56,486 bases of DNA from Anaerolineae bacterium. GTDB lineage: Bacteria; Chloroflexota; Anaerolineae; Aggregatilineales; JAFGMM01. Positions 25,992-35,428 of this stretch are shown here, piece after piece. Both the position numbers and the translations under genes were made by a program. The stretch spans positions 1-56,486 of the forward strand of contig DAOTXU010000393.1 in assembly GCA_034435135.1 (NCBI GenBank). Direction: 5' to 3'. Numbering within the stretch: the stretch's first letter is position 1; each line of letters starts with the position of its first letter. The notes beneath the pieces are model-generated. The model had not been told where the DNA came from. It did not search any database and saw nothing but the letters and a program-made list of their open reading frames with translations.

Positions 25992-26210
25992 ACGGACCTC
26001 CTCACTTTATCCGCATCCACGCCCGTTGCCGGACATGGGAGACACATGATGCCTGCACCCGCGATAGGTTCAATGCGTGTTGGTTGACTGTGAAAACCGA
26101 TCAACGAACATGTTAGTAACCATATCTCTTTAAATTCTACCATGAGGTGGTATAGGTAAGGTGAACCCCCGGTAAAAGAATTCCTATAGCATTTCAGGCC
26201 GGCCTGAGCC

Positions 26211-27764
26211 TTACCGACGGATTCGGAACCCCCAGAGCAGCAGCACCGCTGCGATAAGCACCAATACCGGCACCACAGCGACCAACACCACTGAAGCGGC
26301 GGCCTCATCGACGGTGGATCGACCGACCGACGTTCCATCCCAGGGCACAGCGGTCGCAATGGGGGTGTTTCGGATCGGCGTTGGCAGCAGGAGCGGGGTC
26401 GCCGTCGGCGGCGGTGTGGCTGTCGGCGCAAGGGTGGCTTCGGGCAGCGGCCTCCCCGGTCGCTCAGCGTAAAAGACCTGGAGAGTGCTCCCAGCGCCGC
26501 CGGCGTAAATCTCATCGCTGCGGCGGTCGTGCCATACCATGTGCAGCCCATCTCCCGCATCTACCCGGATGCGCGGCCACTCGTTGTAATTCTCTGACTG
26601 ATAAACAACCTCAGCAGTTCCCCATGACTCGCCATCCCATTCCAGGTGAATGACGCTCGATCCTTCCTCGTCCTCGGTGAGCGTGCCCACAAGTGCCAAG
26701 TGCAGGTTCCCCTGGCTATCGCGCGCCATGTCGTAGTCGTCCAGGCCAGTGTTGGGTCCAGGCCGGGCGAACACACCGGGGATGGCCTGCGGCTCCGTCC
26801 ACGTTTTGCCTTCATCATCCGAAACCTGGTAATACACAGCCCTGTCCCTGCTTCGGTGAATCGTATCGAACACCAGGTGATAGACAACGACTAAGTTGCC
26901 ATTGCCGTCCTTGCCGAAGGTGACCTCTTGCGGAAAGAGGCTTTCTTCGCCGATTTCCATCGGGCCGAAGGTCACAGGCTCTTCCCACGTCTTCCCGCCG
27001 TCGTGCGAAGCGACCAAGCTGACGCCTTGCAGTTGGCCCACACCGATAATGAAGTCTATCCCCTCATCCCAGGTCACGTATATATCGTTCTCGTTATCGA
27101 CCCACAATCTTGGCTTTTCCGACCCCCACTGGGTTTTGCTGATGAATTTAATCGCGCTCCACGTCTGTCCGCCGTCATCGGAACGCCGGTACTGGACTTC
27201 AGAGCAGGCCGGACACTCCGGGAGATTGCCGAACTCCGACCTTAACGAAGTGGCGCTGCTAAACACCAGGTGTAACGTGCCGCGCGGGCTGGCGGCGAGG
27301 TCAGTATAGTACGCCGTTCCAGTACTAACGAGCCTGGGAGACGTCCACCCTTGAGGAAACGCGGCGTCGCCTATGGCCGCCTCAGTGTAGAGGATGGAAT
27401 TTCGGCTGCGGAACACGGCATGTACCATCCCATCGGCAGTCACGGTGATACCGTTGCGCACCGTAAATCCATAGTCATTGGAGGCCAGCACGTCACGCCC
27501 GACCGACCAGCCTCCCGGACCTTTGTAACGGTACATCAACACGTCCACGGGGAAGTCATGGTCGCGCTGCTGGCCGGCGGACCACACTACATGCACGCCG
27601 CCCAGGGGGTCCAGCGCGAGGCTCGGCCACCACCCAAACTCGCTTTCGATGACCTCCGGTTGCGTCCATGAGGAGGTCTGCGCCCTGGAAAACGCGCCTG
27701 GAATGAGGACCAGGCTGGCGAGGGCAATCCACATCAGGATACGGATACTGCGACTCCAGTTCAT
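26211..27764 (-). CDS. Secreted BNR/Asp-box beta-propeller (sialidase-like glycosidase fold) with PT-rich linker and C-terminal TM anchor
   Basis: Signal peptide MNWSRSIRILMWIALASLVLIPGAFSRAQT. Three Asp-boxes: RSDDGGQTW, SHDGGKTW, SDDEGKTW. Tail ATPPPTATP...VVLVAVVPVLVLIAAVLLLWGF followed by RIRR. Lower GC than its neighbours. Confidence 0.8.
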   Translation of the reverse strand: MNWSRSIRILMWIALASLVLIPGAFSRAQTSSWTQPEVIESEFGWWPSLALDPLGGVHVVWSAGQQRDHDFPVDVLMYRYKGPGGWSVGRDVLASNDYGFTVRNGITVTADGMVHAVFRSRNSILYTEAAIGDAAFPQGWTSPRLVSTGTAYYTDLAASPRGTLHLVFSSATSLRSEFGNLPECPACSEVQYRRSDDGGQTWSAIKFISKTQWGSEKPRLWVDNENDIYVTWDEGIDFIIGVGQLQGVSLVASHDGGKTWEEPVTFGPMEIGEESLFPQEVTFGKDGNGNLVVVYHLVFDTIHRSRDRAVYYQVSDDEGKTWTEPQAIPGVFARPGPNTGLDDYDMARDSQGNLHLALVGTLTEDEEGSSVIHLEWDGESWGTAEVVYQSENYNEWPRIRVDAGDGLHMVWHDRRSDEIYAGGAGSTLQVFYAERPGRPLPEATLAPTATPPPTATPLLLPTPIRNTPIATAVPWDGTSVGRSTVDEAAASVVLVAVVPVLVLIAAVLLLWGFRIRR

Positions 27765-27765
27765 T

Positions 27766-28278
27766 TCAGCCGCCTTTGTTCACGGTGTAAATTTCATAAA
27801 CGACTTCACCGTTCGCTTGTGCAAGGGTGCGCACAAGAATGTAGCCAGCGTCGGTCGCCATCAGCAGAGTTGCGATGGCGGCGAAGCGGCGGTCGAACAC
27901 CCGCCGGGTCCAGACAAACGTAAGCGCAATCGCCGCCAAGCCGAGGACGATGTAAGCCAGCCTGATCGTACCCGTGCTTACCCCAAACAACCCCAACACC
28001 GGCACAAAGATCGCCACCTCAAGCGCGCCGGTATAGGGCATGATGAGCATCGGGAACGGGCGCGCACCGAGGTTGATGATGGAGCGCGGCACATAATAGA
28101 AGTCCTGCCCCACATCGTAGCCCACGATGTTCATGGCGGGAAGCACTTGCAAGACCTCATCGTAGTACAGCCCTGGGAGGTCGAGATTGGCGATCGCCAG
28201 CGCCAGGTAGACGATAGCGCTCGCCAGCAGAACGAGCCACTCCCACCTCTTGACCGACCGCACCGTTATCGTAGACAT
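27766..28278 (-). CDS. 170-aa polytopic membrane protein resembling only the N-terminal third of a GT-C glycosyltransferase (possible gene remnant)
   Basis: ATG 28278 (TTG 28302 is the alternative). LDLPGLYYDEVLQ and MPYTGALEVAIFVPVLGLFGVSTGTIRLAYIVLGLAAIALTFVWTRRVF match the first 4-5 helices of ArnT-like proteins. The ORF stops after about 170 aa, 1 nt before the BNR gene start. Confidence 0.5.
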   Translation of the reverse strand: MSTITVRSVKRWEWLVLLASAIVYLALAIANLDLPGLYYDEVLQVLPAMNIVGYDVGQDFYYVPRSIINLGARPFPMLIMPYTGALEVAIFVPVLGLFGVSTGTIRLAYIVLGLAAIALTFVWTRRVFDRRFAAIATLLMATDAGYILVRTLAQANGEVVYEIYTVNKGG

Positions 28279-28324
28279 CGCCCTTATTCCCTCTGTGCGC
28301 AAGGACGGCCATCCGAGCCACCCT

Positions 28325-30142
28325 TCATTCTGACGACAGCGTCACGTGGAAAACAGTCGTCTCGCCCTGCGAGAACACAGGTTCGAGCGCGGACCACCGC
28401 GCGGGATTGAAGTCGCCTTGAGCGCGCTCGTGCCTGCCGTAATAGACGTAGCGCACGTTGTACTCCCGGATCAGCGCCTCGCGCCAGGCGTCCTCCACGT
28501 CGGCGTCAAAGAACTTCTTGACCTGCTCCAACTTGCCGAAGTAATCCAGCGTCATGGCGTAGTGCGCCACAAACGCTGTGCCGCCGGTCGCGCCGGGGAC
28601 AAACTGCCCGATCATCTCCGAACTCAGCACCACGTCGTCGGCAGCGACCTTCCCGTCGAGCCACTGTAACGCTGCTGCCTCGTCCCGGTAGATAAAGAAG
28701 GGGGAGTCGTGCCGGTTCAGGTCCACAAACCGCCACACAAACAGGTACACGTTGGTCGGGGTCACGACCAGCAACAACAGGGCGCTCATCGCGCGCCGAC
28801 TGCCCCAACGGGGCCAGCGCGCCTGTATCAGCGGGACGACTCGATCCAGCCAGAAGCTCGCGGCAAGGATCGCCAGGGGGACCTGCCAGGGGTTGAGGAG
28901 GTGAATCTGAAATTCGAGCGGGATATAGATGATGAACAGGTGCACCACCGCCCACGTCTTGACGAACAGCCGGGGCTTCGACTCCTCCTGCCGGGGCCAC
29001 ACCAGGTCGGCGATCAGTCCACCCGCTACCAAGAATACCGTCCCGAATGCCAGCGCGTTGACGGGCATCCGCTCGAAAGTCTCAGGCCACAGCGATTGCG
29101 CCAGGCTTGCGACTGGCGTCGCTGCGCCGAACAGCAAAGTCAGCGCCAGCCACACCCTGAGGAACTGCAACGCCCGCGGCGAGGCGCGCCGGGAGCGCCA
29201 CAAGTCTGCGAGCGGGCCTGCCAGCCCCAGGAGCAGCAACACGCCCATCAAAATCACCAGGCGGATCGGATCGGGCGTCCACACGCCGATGTTGACGAAC
29301 TGATCGAGAATCACGCTCCATACCGGGTCGGCGCTGGTCAGAAAGAAAAAGTAGGCCGGCGGCCCAACCGAGATCAGCCCCACGATGACCGCCGCGCGAA
29401 TCTCAAACCAGAGCACACGGCGTTCCCGGATCATCAGAACCAGCACGAAAGCGCCGATGACTCCGTACACGGTAATCAGGTCGTAGGCGTGCTGCAACCC
29501 CAACGACAACGCCACGACGCCGGCCAGCGCCGCCCAGCGCAATTGTCGCCGCCTTAAGGCGGTTAAGAACAACCCCAACGCCCCCACGATGTGGGCAGCG
29601 GCGATAGTGAAGTGCGGGCCGCCCATGAGCGCCAGGAAGCTGTTCGGCTCGGCGACGTACAGCGCCAGGGGGAAGTAGAGGTCATCGAGGTATTTTTGCA
29701 CGACCAATATCCAGCCGAAGCCGGCGACGAACAGGATCAGCAGGAAGGCCAGCGCGCGTTTGAACGAGTCATGGATGCACAGCCGACTGAAGGCATACAC
29801 AACTAGGCCGAAGACCAGCCCCGCTGGCCAGCGCAAAAGTTGAAGAAGCGCCGGGTAATCCCAGTTGGTGACCCTGGCGACTTGCGCCATCGCCCACCAA
29901 AACAGGTTGAAGAACACTGGGGCGTTCGGTTCTGGTGTCATCCGGTCGCTGATGAGGAAGCTGTCTTCGTGAGCGCGCATCCAGGAGAAGTACTGTAGGT
30001 GATCGACCACATTCAGGTGGACGCCGATGAATACGCGGTCGTCAGGTGTGGTCAGGTAGGCGAAGGTATAGGGCAGGCTGGTCACGACCAGGGCCAACAC
30101 CGTCAGGACAAGCGCGTGCTTCCACCCGAATTCTCGAATCAT
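28325..30142 (-). CDS. 605-aa polytopic membrane protein, candidate GT-C-type glycosyltransferase with a C-terminal soluble domain
   Basis: ATG verified at 30142. About 13 hydrophobic helices, then a soluble tail (YRDEAAALQWLDG...VVLSSEMIGQFVPGATGG...YVYYGRHERA). The family is not identified with certainty. Confidence 0.55.
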   Translation of the reverse strand: MIREFGWKHALVLTVLALVVTSLPYTFAYLTTPDDRVFIGVHLNVVDHLQYFSWMRAHEDSFLISDRMTPEPNAPVFFNLFWWAMAQVARVTNWDYPALLQLLRWPAGLVFGLVVYAFSRLCIHDSFKRALAFLLILFVAGFGWILVVQKYLDDLYFPLALYVAEPNSFLALMGGPHFTIAAAHIVGALGLFLTALRRRQLRWAALAGVVALSLGLQHAYDLITVYGVIGAFVLVLMIRERRVLWFEIRAAVIVGLISVGPPAYFFFLTSADPVWSVILDQFVNIGVWTPDPIRLVILMGVLLLLGLAGPLADLWRSRRASPRALQFLRVWLALTLLFGAATPVASLAQSLWPETFERMPVNALAFGTVFLVAGGLIADLVWPRQEESKPRLFVKTWAVVHLFIIYIPLEFQIHLLNPWQVPLAILAASFWLDRVVPLIQARWPRWGSRRAMSALLLLVVTPTNVYLFVWRFVDLNRHDSPFFIYRDEAAALQWLDGKVAADDVVLSSEMIGQFVPGATGGTAFVAHYAMTLDYFGKLEQVKKFFDADVEDAWREALIREYNVRYVYYGRHERAQGDFNPARWSALEPVFSQGETTVFHVTLSSE

Positions 30143-30201
30143 GTCACTTTCTGTTCTCTGTGGGCGGCACCAAGTCCGCTTTCACCAAGCTGAGGTTCAC
30201 T

Positions 30202-31698
30202 TCACGCACCGTCTGGCGAAGCATAGTCTACTGGCACATCGCGCCGTCTCAACCGCCGCGCCACAAACCGGATGCGGGGCAGGCCAAGCAGGACCAGCGC
30301 GACCAGAATCGCCAGCGGAACCAGGCTCAGCCACCCTTGCAGGCCGAGCAACATACCCAGGTTCCGCGCGATGTCGCCGCGCACCAACGCCGGCAGCGAG
30401 CGCTCGCCCAACGGGTTGGCGCCATAATCCGGAAAATACTGGCCGCCGATGGTCTCCGCCCACACCAGCGCGCCCGAAAGCGCCATGAACGCGGCGATGC
30501 CCAGCCTGGCCCGTCGATGCTCACCCCAGCGGTTGAGCACGAACACAACCGGCAGCGCCAGGAACGGCAGCATCGGCACCAGGTAGCGCGGCCCAACCGC
30601 GTATCCGCCCTGCCACATCACCGACGAGGCGTTGTAAAGGATGTAGACCACCACGCAGACCGTCAACACCCACCACTCCGGGCGGCGTTCGCGCTGCCGC
30701 CACAGGTACCACAGCCCCAGGAAACCGCACAGCAGGAACGGGCTGATGAAAAACAACCCCCTGAACGGGCTGAAGGTGATCCCCCACAGCGCCGGCAGTT
30801 TGGGATAGGTCAGACTCAGGAAGCCCTGGTAGTGCTGCTCTACAAAGTTGGGCGAATACAGGTAGCCAATCGGCAGGGGCGACCGGAAAATCGCCAAGTT
30901 GTATGCGGCCATGACCAGCCCGAAGGGCAGCGCGCCGGCGAACATCTTCCAGACTTCCCGCTTGCGTTCAAGCGCGTACAGCGCATAGAAAAAGAGCGGC
31001 GCGAGCAGCAGCGCTGCCGGGTACTCGCAGATGAGCGCCAACCCGAACAGCGCGCCCACCAGCCACAGCACGCGCGTGGTCGCCTGGCCCTGGCGCAGGC
31101 GGTAGAGCAGCCAGAAAGAGACGAACGCGCCCAGCGCGCTGAGCTGGTGCTGTGCGAAGGACCCTGAATAGGCGAACGCCGGCGTCGCCAGGCCGTAGGC
31201 CAGCGCCAGCCAGAAGGCGTAGATGTCTTTCTCCGCGAAACGCGCCGCGAAGGAGAAAAGCGCCACCCCCAACAGCGCTGACGGCACGGAAATAACGAAG
31301 AAGGTGACCATATAAAGCGCCGCCGCGAAATACACGGCGTCGCGCGTCGCGTCCGGGCCGCCCTCCGTAAGCGTGCTGGTGAACGCCTCACTTTCCGCCG
31401 CCCGTTGGATCAAGCGCTCCACCGGCGGCAGCGCGGCGATCACTTTGAACGCCGCGTACACCGGGACGCCCAGCAACGAAGGGCCGGGCGATTTATCCGT
31501 GTAGTAGTGACCCTCGAAGGATGCGTAGTCTCCCGTGTTGGTGTAGTAGTCGTCGATGCGCAAGGTCCCCTGATCCACAATCGCCAGGATCAGGTCCATG
31601 CGCGAGTTCTGCGCCCAGTCCGCCCAGCGCGGGAAGAAATAGCTGTAGCAAAGCAGCAGCACCAGAAAAAGCGTGATCGCATACCCGCGACGAGACAT
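30202..31698 (-). CDS. 498-aa polytopic membrane protein, candidate GT-C-type glycosyltransferase
   Basis: ORF 30202..31767. ATG 31698 has a GGGGGGTGA SD-like run upstream and gives MSRRGYAITLFLVLLL. The first loop, DYYTNTGDYASFEGHYYTDKSPGPSLLGVPVY, is a conserved-looking extracytoplasmic loop followed by more than 10 helices. Confidence 0.55.
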   Translation of the reverse strand: MSRRGYAITLFLVLLLCYSYFFPRWADWAQNSRMDLILAIVDQGTLRIDDYYTNTGDYASFEGHYYTDKSPGPSLLGVPVYAAFKVIAALPPVERLIQRAAESEAFTSTLTEGGPDATRDAVYFAAALYMVTFFVISVPSALLGVALFSFAARFAEKDIYAFWLALAYGLATPAFAYSGSFAQHQLSALGAFVSFWLLYRLRQGQATTRVLWLVGALFGLALICEYPAALLLAPLFFYALYALERKREVWKMFAGALPFGLVMAAYNLAIFRSPLPIGYLYSPNFVEQHYQGFLSLTYPKLPALWGITFSPFRGLFFISPFLLCGFLGLWYLWRQRERRPEWWVLTVCVVVYILYNASSVMWQGGYAVGPRYLVPMLPFLALPVVFVLNRWGEHRRARLGIAAFMALSGALVWAETIGGQYFPDYGANPLGERSLPALVRGDIARNLGMLLGLQGWLSLVPLAILVALVLLGLPRIRFVARRLRRRDVPVDYASPDGA

Positions 31699-31702
31699 AG
31701 GC

Positions 31703-32665
31703 TCACCCCCCTGTCTTTGAGGCCAACCCCAGCAGGGTGGCGTAGGAGCGCACGTTGTGCTCCGCAAGCTCGCGGCGGGCGCCGTTGCTGACCGAGGCGA
31801 CCATCCGCCAGATCCCCATCTTCAGCCACGAACTAAACCACACAACCGCGCCGTAAATCTGCGCTGCCCTTTTGCCGTAGTGCTTCCTGAAGAACTGCTG
31901 CTTGCTTCCGTAGAGGCGAAGGCGCCTTTGCAGCGAAACCCGGCCTGAGCTGCCGCCGTCGTGATGCACAATCACCGCCTCCGGCTGGTACATCACCAGC
32001 CAGCCGCCTTGCTTGACGCGGTAACACCACTCGGTTTCTTCGGTGTAGAAGAAGAAGGACTCGTCCATAAGGCCCACCGTCTCAACCACGTCCCGGCGGA
32101 TCATCAGCGCCGCCCCCTTAACCCAGTCCACCGGCATGGCGCTGCGCGTGATCGGCGCGAAGGGGTAGTCCCCCAACAGCAAGCGCGTCACCTTTTCGCC
32201 CGCCAGCAACACCGACTCCTTAAAGACGGTCGGGAAGGTGTAAGACGACCGCTGCAGAGTGCTATCGGTGTTCAGTAACTTGGGACCCACGACGCCCACG
32301 TTCAGGTGCATATCGAGGAAACTCATCAGGGCGCGGAGCGCCCCCGGCTTGACCTCAGTGTCGCTGTTGAGGAGCAACAGATAGCGCCCCCGGCTCTCGC
32401 GCATCCCCTGGTTGTTGGCGGCGGCGAACCCCCGGTTCTCCCGGTTCTCGATCAAGCGCACCTGCGGGAAACGCGCGCGCACCATTTCAGGGCTGCCGTC
32501 GTCGGAGGCGTTGTCCACCACGATGACCTCGGTCCTGGGCACGTCCAACGTGTCGTAGAGGGATTGCAGACACGCCGCCAACAGGTCGGAGGCGTTCCAA
32601 CTGACGATGATGATGCTGAGATTCAGCGCATCGACCGGGTTGAGCGGTCGCAGGAGTCCATTCAT
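31703..32665 (-). CDS. Family-2 (GT-A) glycosyltransferase, rhamnosyl/galactosyl-transferase-like
   Basis: ATG 32665 (ATGA overlap with the upstream stop) gives MNGLLRPLNPVDALNLSIIIVSWNASDLL...VIVVDNASDDGS...LLLNSDTEV. Confidence 0.8.
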   Translation of the reverse strand: MNGLLRPLNPVDALNLSIIIVSWNASDLLAACLQSLYDTLDVPRTEVIVVDNASDDGSPEMVRARFPQVRLIENRENRGFAAANNQGMRESRGRYLLLLNSDTEVKPGALRALMSFLDMHLNVGVVGPKLLNTDSTLQRSSYTFPTVFKESVLLAGEKVTRLLLGDYPFAPITRSAMPVDWVKGAALMIRRDVVETVGLMDESFFFYTEETEWCYRVKQGGWLVMYQPEAVIVHHDGGSSGRVSLQRRLRLYGSKQQFFRKHYGKRAAQIYGAVVWFSSWLKMGIWRMVASVSNGARRELAEHNVRSYATLLGLASKTGG

Positions 32666-34137
32666 GTTGTCTTCCTCTGCTTTTTGATAATCTGCTCCAC
32701 GGAGAGAACGCTGCCCATGAACATCCATCCCCACACGGTGTGCCCGAACGCGACAATCCCCTGAGTATACGCGAAGGGGATTACCCAGTCACCCAGACCC
32801 ATGGCGACGGTGACGCCGATTGTGCCGGCGAGCAGGCTTGCCGCCAGCCCGTGCAAGAACCCCCCACGCGGCACCGCGCGCACTACCTGGACTGCCTTCC
32901 AGAGCGCTGTAATGACCAGCGCGACGAGCAGCAACAGGCCCACCACGCCGAACTGCGCCAGCACGTCAATGTAGTTGCTGTGCGTCGCCATCGCATTTTC
33001 GGGGATATACGTCATGTAGTAGGCGGCGTAGCCAGCCGGCCCGGTGCCCAGGAACCAGTGCCCGTTCGTCATCAGCAGGTTCATATTCCATGCCTGGAGG
33101 CGCGTGACTCCTGATGCGTCTTCCTCTTCTGCGAACATCTGCACGTAACGATCGAAGTCTAGCACCATCACAAAGAGCATGATTACGACGGCTATCAGCA
33201 GCAACCTTGGCGATTTCACCGTGACCAGCACGGCGAACACAACCAGAATGAGCACCCAACCGCTCAGCCACTCGCTTACGAGGAAAAACGAGTGGTAAAA
33301 CCAAACCCCCGATATGAAGATCATCAACGCCTTGATCCGCCAGTTCAGACCCTTGTTGAAGAGCACCTGCCCCATGCAGAAGGCCACGACCCACATGCGG
33401 AACAGGCCGAAGGTGTTCAGGTCACCCAGAATCGGAACCCCTCGCATTGAGAAAAGGTGATGCGCCTGACCCACAGTGACCAGCCCGCCCTGAAGCCCGG
33501 CGACGACGAACATCCCCACGATGATGCGAAACCACTTTTCGTCGTGGAGCCGGCTCGCCAGCATCAGACTCGCCCCCACTGAAGCGAGCACAACCAACAG
33601 AGTCGCAAAGCGGGGGTTGAACGATGCGCTCCACATCCCGCTCATGACAACCAGTGGGTCAGGGTAGCTGTTGCTCCACAGGAATGAGAACAGCGCCACG
33701 CCGCCAAACGCCAGCAACAGCGTCGTGATCGGCGACGGGACCAACCCCAACCGTTTCTCAAACAACAGGAGGCGTAACAACCAGATCACGAGGAGCATCA
33801 GCGCGAACAACAGGCTCGCCACCAGCGGGCTGCGCGTGCCGGTCGAGAGGCTGAAGCGCACCCAAAGCGTAATGAAGGAGAAGATGATAATTCCCCACTC
33901 CAGGTAGTAGAGGCTGAACAACGCAATGAGCAGTCCTGCTACTCCTCCGATCATAACCATGAGGTTCTCCGGCGACTGCCACACGACCAGCACCCCCGCC
34001 GCCAGACAAAACGCCCATGCCGCCAGCACCACCAGCGGCCTGAACAACAGGCTGTAGTGCCGGTTAAACACCGCCGCCGGGAGATCAAACAACAACCTTC
34101 CGGGAAGATCGATGAGGACCTGAACTCGTTGGATCAT
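32662..34137 (-). CDS. O-antigen polymerase/ligase-family membrane protein (Wzy-like)
   Basis: ATG 34137 (ATGA overlap with the upstream stop) gives MIQRVQVLIDLPG. More than 10 helices, and the Wzy_C-like segment RLQAWNMNLLMTNGHWFLGTGPAGY...ATHSNYIDVLAQFGVVGLLLL. The 166 upstream codons of ORF 32662..34635 are Arg/Gly-rich and overlap the GT4 gene. Lower GC. Confidence 0.75.
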   Translation of the reverse strand: MIQRVQVLIDLPGRLLFDLPAAVFNRHYSLLFRPLVVLAAWAFCLAAGVLVVWQSPENLMVMIGGVAGLLIALFSLYYLEWGIIIFSFITLWVRFSLSTGTRSPLVASLLFALMLLVIWLLRLLLFEKRLGLVPSPITTLLLAFGGVALFSFLWSNSYPDPLVVMSGMWSASFNPRFATLLVVLASVGASLMLASRLHDEKWFRIIVGMFVVAGLQGGLVTVGQAHHLFSMRGVPILGDLNTFGLFRMWVVAFCMGQVLFNKGLNWRIKALMIFISGVWFYHSFFLVSEWLSGWVLILVVFAVLVTVKSPRLLLIAVVIMLFVMVLDFDRYVQMFAEEEDASGVTRLQAWNMNLLMTNGHWFLGTGPAGYAAYYMTYIPENAMATHSNYIDVLAQFGVVGLLLLVALVITALWKAVQVVRAVPRGGFLHGLAASLLAGTIGVTVAMGLGDWVIPFAYTQGIVAFGHTVWGWMFMGSVLSVEQIIKKQRKTT

Positions 34138-35351
34138 CTCTGCACCTGTGCAGGCGTCCCGGACTCGCGGCAGATGGCGTCCACAAACCGGAGCAGCCGG
34201 TCGCCTACCTTCGACCAATCGTACTGACTTTCCACCAGATGGCGGCCCGCCGCCGCGAGCGAGGCGCGCAAGGCGGCGTCGCCCAACAGACACAGCACGG
34301 CCTCGGCAAACGCCGCCGGCGTATCCGCGATCAAGATGTCCCGCCCCGGAGTCACGTCCAGCCCTTCCGCGCCTTTCGTTGTCGAGACGACCGGGACGCC
34401 GCAGGCCATCGCCTCCAGAATCTTCAGGCGCGTGCCGCCTCCGACACGGAGCGGCGTGACGCAGGCCCAACTCTGCGCCAGGGTCGGCGTGATGTCGTCC
34501 AGGTAGCCGGTGAAACGCACCTGGGGGCGGCGCGGAAACCCGTTCAGGTTCACCCCTTGGGTGCTGCCGGTGATGCGCAATTGCACCGCCGGGCGCGCAG
34601 CGGCCACCAGCGGCAGAATCTCGCCAGCGAACCACGCCGCCGCGTCGTAATTGGCAAAGTACGACAGCGCCCCCGGATAGATCAGCGTGTCCGGCTGCGG
34701 CGGGCCGTAGTCACGCGCATACGCCGCCGTGTCCACCCCGTTCGGGATCACCGCCAGCGGCCTGTCGCCTGGCGCGGCGCGCGCGACGTTTTCCGCCTCA
34801 ACGGGCGAGGCCACCGTGCAGCCGTCGAAAGCCTGGCGTGCGCGGCGTACATACTGCACCAGCTTGAGCCACGTCAGCCCGTAGCGCGCCCGCTTGAGCG
34901 CCGACGCCTGCTTTTCAAACTGGTCGCGGAGAACGGCGACCTCGACTTCCTCGAACAGGCGCTTCACACCCTTCAACGGCAGGGCGTAAGGCGTGGTCGG
35001 CGTCTGAGAAGCAATGACCAGATCGTAGCCGCCGGCCCGCGCTTCAGCCTGTACCAGCCGGTTCATGTCATCGCTATATACGTCCACCAGCCAGCGCGGC
35101 CACGGGTGAAAAAACCCGGCCAGCGCGCGCAGCCGGCCCGGCGCGAAGCGCACCTTAGGCGCGTGATGCACGCGCGCGCAAAAACCTTCAAGCGCAGCCA
35201 CGCGCTCCGGCGTCGCCTCGCCCGGCTCGGCGAAGGCGAGCAGCGTGACCTCGTGCCGCCGGGCAAGTTGCCGCAACAGGTGGTAGACACGCAGCTTGCT
35301 GCCGTTATCCGGCGGATTGGGCCACCACCATGATAAAAACAGGACTTTCAT
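34134..35351 (-). CDS. Family-4 (GT-B) glycosyltransferase
   Basis: ATG 35351 gives MKVLFLSWWWPNPPDNGSKLRVYHLLRQLARRHEVTLLAF. C-terminal GGGTRLKILEAMACGVPVVST. Confidence 0.8.
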   Translation of the reverse strand: MKVLFLSWWWPNPPDNGSKLRVYHLLRQLARRHEVTLLAFAEPGEATPERVAALEGFCARVHHAPKVRFAPGRLRALAGFFHPWPRWLVDVYSDDMNRLVQAEARAGGYDLVIASQTPTTPYALPLKGVKRLFEEVEVAVLRDQFEKQASALKRARYGLTWLKLVQYVRRARQAFDGCTVASPVEAENVARAAPGDRPLAVIPNGVDTAAYARDYGPPQPDTLIYPGALSYFANYDAAAWFAGEILPLVAAARPAVQLRITGSTQGVNLNGFPRRPQVRFTGYLDDITPTLAQSWACVTPLRVGGGTRLKILEAMACGVPVVSTTKGAEGLDVTPGRDILIADTPAAFAEAVLCLLGDAALRASLAAAGRHLVESQYDWSKVGDRLLRFVDAICRESGTPAQVQR

Positions 35352-35428
35352 ACCGCTACCGTCTTGCTTCTCCCAAGCGCACACGAAAAATCCGCGTTGG
35401 GCACCGCCGTCAACCCTATTCCACAGCA

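Noticed and set aside
34138-34635. 166-codon N-terminal extension of the Wzy-like ORF
   Set aside because: The extension is Arg/Gly/Pro-rich and lies wholly inside the GT4 gene in another frame. The ATG at 34137 forms an ATGA overlap and begins the hydrophobic protein.
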